From Dehalococcoidia bacterium (lineage in GTDB: Bacteria; Chloroflexota; Dehalococcoidia; GIF9; AB-539-J10): a stretch of 64,000 nucleotides of DNA. The position numbers and the translations under genes were made by a program. The notes under the pieces were generated by a model. It made no database searches and was not told the DNA's origin. It saw nothing but the letters and a program-made list of their open reading frames with translations. Shown here in pieces: positions 61,859-64,000 of the stretch. The DNA lies in assembly GCA_030612025.1 (NCBI GenBank), contig JAUWOR010000002.1:64001-128000 (forward strand), given 5' to 3'. The number at the start of each line of letters is the position of its first letter. Position 1 is the stretch's first letter.

Positions 61859-62247
61859 AAGAGGTAGAATCCCTCATCGAAAGAGCAAAGAAATATCTTA
61901 GAAGTGCCAAGGTACTCATTGAAGAGGGAGATTTTGAGTCTTCAGTTTCTAGGGCATACTATGCCATGTTTTACTGTGCTGAAGCCATGTTGCTCACAAT
62001 AGGTCTGTCATTTTCATCCCATAAAGGCGTGATTTCCGCTTTCGGAGAGCACTTCATTAAGACTCACATTTTCTCAAAGGAGATGGGTAAAGAACTAAAT
62101 AGGGCGTTTGAGAAAAGGCAGTTAGGAGATTATGAGTATACCCTCGTAATATCTAAAGGTGAAGCTGAGGAGATATTCGAGAAGAGCACAGATTTTGTAG
62201 ACCAGATAGTTCAATACTTAAAACAGCGGGAGAGCGGAATACTATAA
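61855..62247 (+). CDS. HEPN domain protein (UPF0332-like), partner of the MNT
   Basis: SRAYYAMF, SHKGVISAF, RQLGDY; GTGA overlap with the MNT gene. Confidence 0.88.
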   Translation: MKEVESLIERAKKYLRSAKVLIEEGDFESSVSRAYYAMFYCAEAMLLTIGLSFSSHKGVISAFGEHFIKTHIFSKEMGKELNRAFEKRQLGDYEYTLVISKGEAEEIFEKSTDFVDQIVQYLKQRESGIL

Positions 62248-62288
62248 GGAGCCTGCTGTGCAGAGGAACTGGAGGCAAAATAGGATAT

Positions 62289-63134
62289 CTATTCCAGAGT
62301 CATATTATCTATCAATCTCGTTCTGCCTACCCTGACGGCTAGAGAGGCCAGAGCCAGTCGGTCAATCATATCTAGCTCCTCCAAAGTACCAGCATCGGCG
62401 ATGCTGACATAGTCAATTTTGGCTAGAGGTTCCCTCTGAATAAGCGAGGTCACTTGCTGGCGAATTTTGTCGGCGTCTTTTTCTCCGCCTTGCCATAATT
62501 GCCTGGCTAGGGAGAGCGCCCTAAATAGAACAGTGGCTGCTTGGCGCTCCTCAGGACTGAGATAGGTATTGCGGCTGCTCATAGCCAAGCCATCGCTTTC
62601 CCTGACTGTAGGCACAACCACGATCTCTACCATCATATTAAGGTCAGCCACCATTCTCTTGATAACAATTGCTTGCTGGGCATCCTTCTGCCCAAAGTAA
62701 GCTTTAGTGGGCTGGACAACGTTGAATAGTTTAGCTACCACTGTAGCCACCCCCCTGAAATGCCCCGGTCGAGATGCTCCCTCAAGACGCTCGGCCACTT
62801 TCTCCACATCCACCCAGGTGCTAAACTCGGATGGATATATCTCCGCATCAGAGGGCACAAGAACGATATCCGTTTTCTCTTTCTCCAATAGCTTCAAATC
62901 ACGGTCGAGGTCTCGCGGATAAGTGCCAAGATCTTCGCTGGGGCCAAACTGGGTAGGATTAACAAAAATGCTAACCACAACGATAGCATTTTCCGCTCTG
63001 GCATGTTTCACTAGAGCTAAATGACCTTCGTGAAGATAGCCCATGGTGGGCACAAAGCCAACTGAGCCAGTGAGGCAGCGCCTTAATTCCCTTAGCTCGG
63101 CGATTGTTCTTACTACTTCCACTTTCACCCTCAC
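62289..63134 (-). CDS. panC: Pantoate-beta-alanine ligase
   Basis: VPTMGYLHEGH, SIFVNPTQF, RPGHFRGV, FGQKD, AMSSRN, RLIDN. Confidence 0.97.
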   Translation of the reverse strand: MRVKVEVVRTIAELRELRRCLTGSVGFVPTMGYLHEGHLALVKHARAENAIVVVSIFVNPTQFGPSEDLGTYPRDLDRDLKLLEKEKTDIVLVPSDAEIYPSEFSTWVDVEKVAERLEGASRPGHFRGVATVVAKLFNVVQPTKAYFGQKDAQQAIVIKRMVADLNMMVEIVVVPTVRESDGLAMSSRNTYLSPEERQAATVLFRALSLARQLWQGGEKDADKIRQQVTSLIQREPLAKIDYVSIADAGTLEELDMIDRLALASLAVRVGRTRLIDNMTLE

Positions 63135-63135
63135 C

Positions 63136-63996
63136 TTAATCCTCTCCCTTCAAGGGAGAGGAGGATGTAGTGTCAAGAGACTCAAGGACGCTTTCATCCA
63201 TGGTGTAGCTCTGTTCCCCAGTGGGGAAACTAACAGACTTAACTTCAGCTACATAATCAGAGACAGCGGCCTTTATTTCCTCAGCCAATTTGGCATACCG
63301 CTTAGCATGTTTCGGTACAAAATCAGTGTAAAGACCCAGAATATCGCTAATCACTTGAACCTGACCATCACAATCAGGTCCAGCTCCAATACCAATGGTG
63401 GGAATACCTGCCCTCTGAGTAATCAGCTTGGAAAGAGGCGCTGGAACACATTCCAAAACGATAGCAAAAACACCAGCTTCCTCCAAAACTTGAGCATCTT
63501 TAAGCAGTCTCTTAGCTACCTCTGGCGTTTTCCCTTGCACCTTAAAGCCACCTAGCTGATGTATGGATTGTGGAGTAAACCCGATATGCCCCATAACCGG
63601 GATGCCACAATCAACAATACGCTTCACCGATTCAGCAACAGCCTCACCTCCCTCCAACTTAACTGCCTGTGCTCCCCCTTCCTGGATGAAGCGTCCGGCA
63701 TTATGTAAAGCCTCGGAGATACTGACATGATAGGTCATGAAAGGCATATCTCCTACCACCAAGGCCTTCTTAGCACCCCTGACCACAGCTTTTGTGTGGT
63801 GTAGCATCTCCTCCATGGTCACCGGTATGGTTGACTCATAACCTAACATCACCATCCCCAGGCTATCACCAACCAATATCAAGGGCACACCAGCTTCGTC
63901 AACCATCTTGGCAGTTATATAATCGTAAGCAGTAAGCATAGGTATCTTTTCCTGCCTCTGCTTCATTTCTTTTATTTCGCTGATGGTAACTCGCAT
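63136..63996 (-). CDS. panB: 3-methyl-2-oxobutanoate hydroxymethyltransferase
   Basis: MLTAYD, LVGDSLG, GDMPF, VKLEGG, GHIGFTPQS, IGIGAG..CDGQV. Confidence 0.97.
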   Translation of the reverse strand: MRVTISEIKEMKQRQEKIPMLTAYDYITAKMVDEAGVPLILVGDSLGMVMLGYESTIPVTMEEMLHHTKAVVRGAKKALVVGDMPFMTYHVSISEALHNAGRFIQEGGAQAVKLEGGEAVAESVKRIVDCGIPVMGHIGFTPQSIHQLGGFKVQGKTPEVAKRLLKDAQVLEEAGVFAIVLECVPAPLSKLITQRAGIPTIGIGAGPDCDGQVQVISDILGLYTDFVPKHAKRYAKLAEEIKAAVSDYVAEVKSVSFPTGEQSYTMDESVLESLDTTSSSPLKGED

Positions 63997-64000
63997 TCCT

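Overview
Bacterial chromosome segment from an anaerobe, most consistent with Dehalococcoidia/Chloroflexota (an inference from gene content and the unlinked 23S rRNA; no database search was run). 0.2-31.3 kb is an energy-metabolism supercluster with four parts: an hdrD-hdrA-mvhD-hdrD-hdrL-hdrA-mvhD-mvhGA operon with a maturation protease and mobAB; a convergent nuoE / nuoF-gltD fusion / fdhA formate dehydrogenase operon; fdhD; and a complete 14-gene Mbh-type (group 4d) membrane [NiFe]-hydrogenase in Thermococcales gene order with hycI. 31.6-33.7 kb is housekeeping. 33.9-41.7 kb is an accessory region with a single-chain restriction-modification enzyme, a HEPN protein, a deletion scar and a QueG-like gene between two attC-like hairpins. 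The rest holds a transcarboxylase pair, folK/queD, proXVW, cargo genes separated by three degenerate copies of the tRNA-fMet 3' end, tRNA-fMet, a stand-alone 23S rRNA (no adjacent 16S or 5S), an MFS transporter, an MNT-HEPN pair flanked by a duplicated panC tail, and panCB. Many intergenic spacers contain short gene relics (fdhC, fdhA, hydrogenase protease x2, folP, panC, IS) and REP-like repeats.
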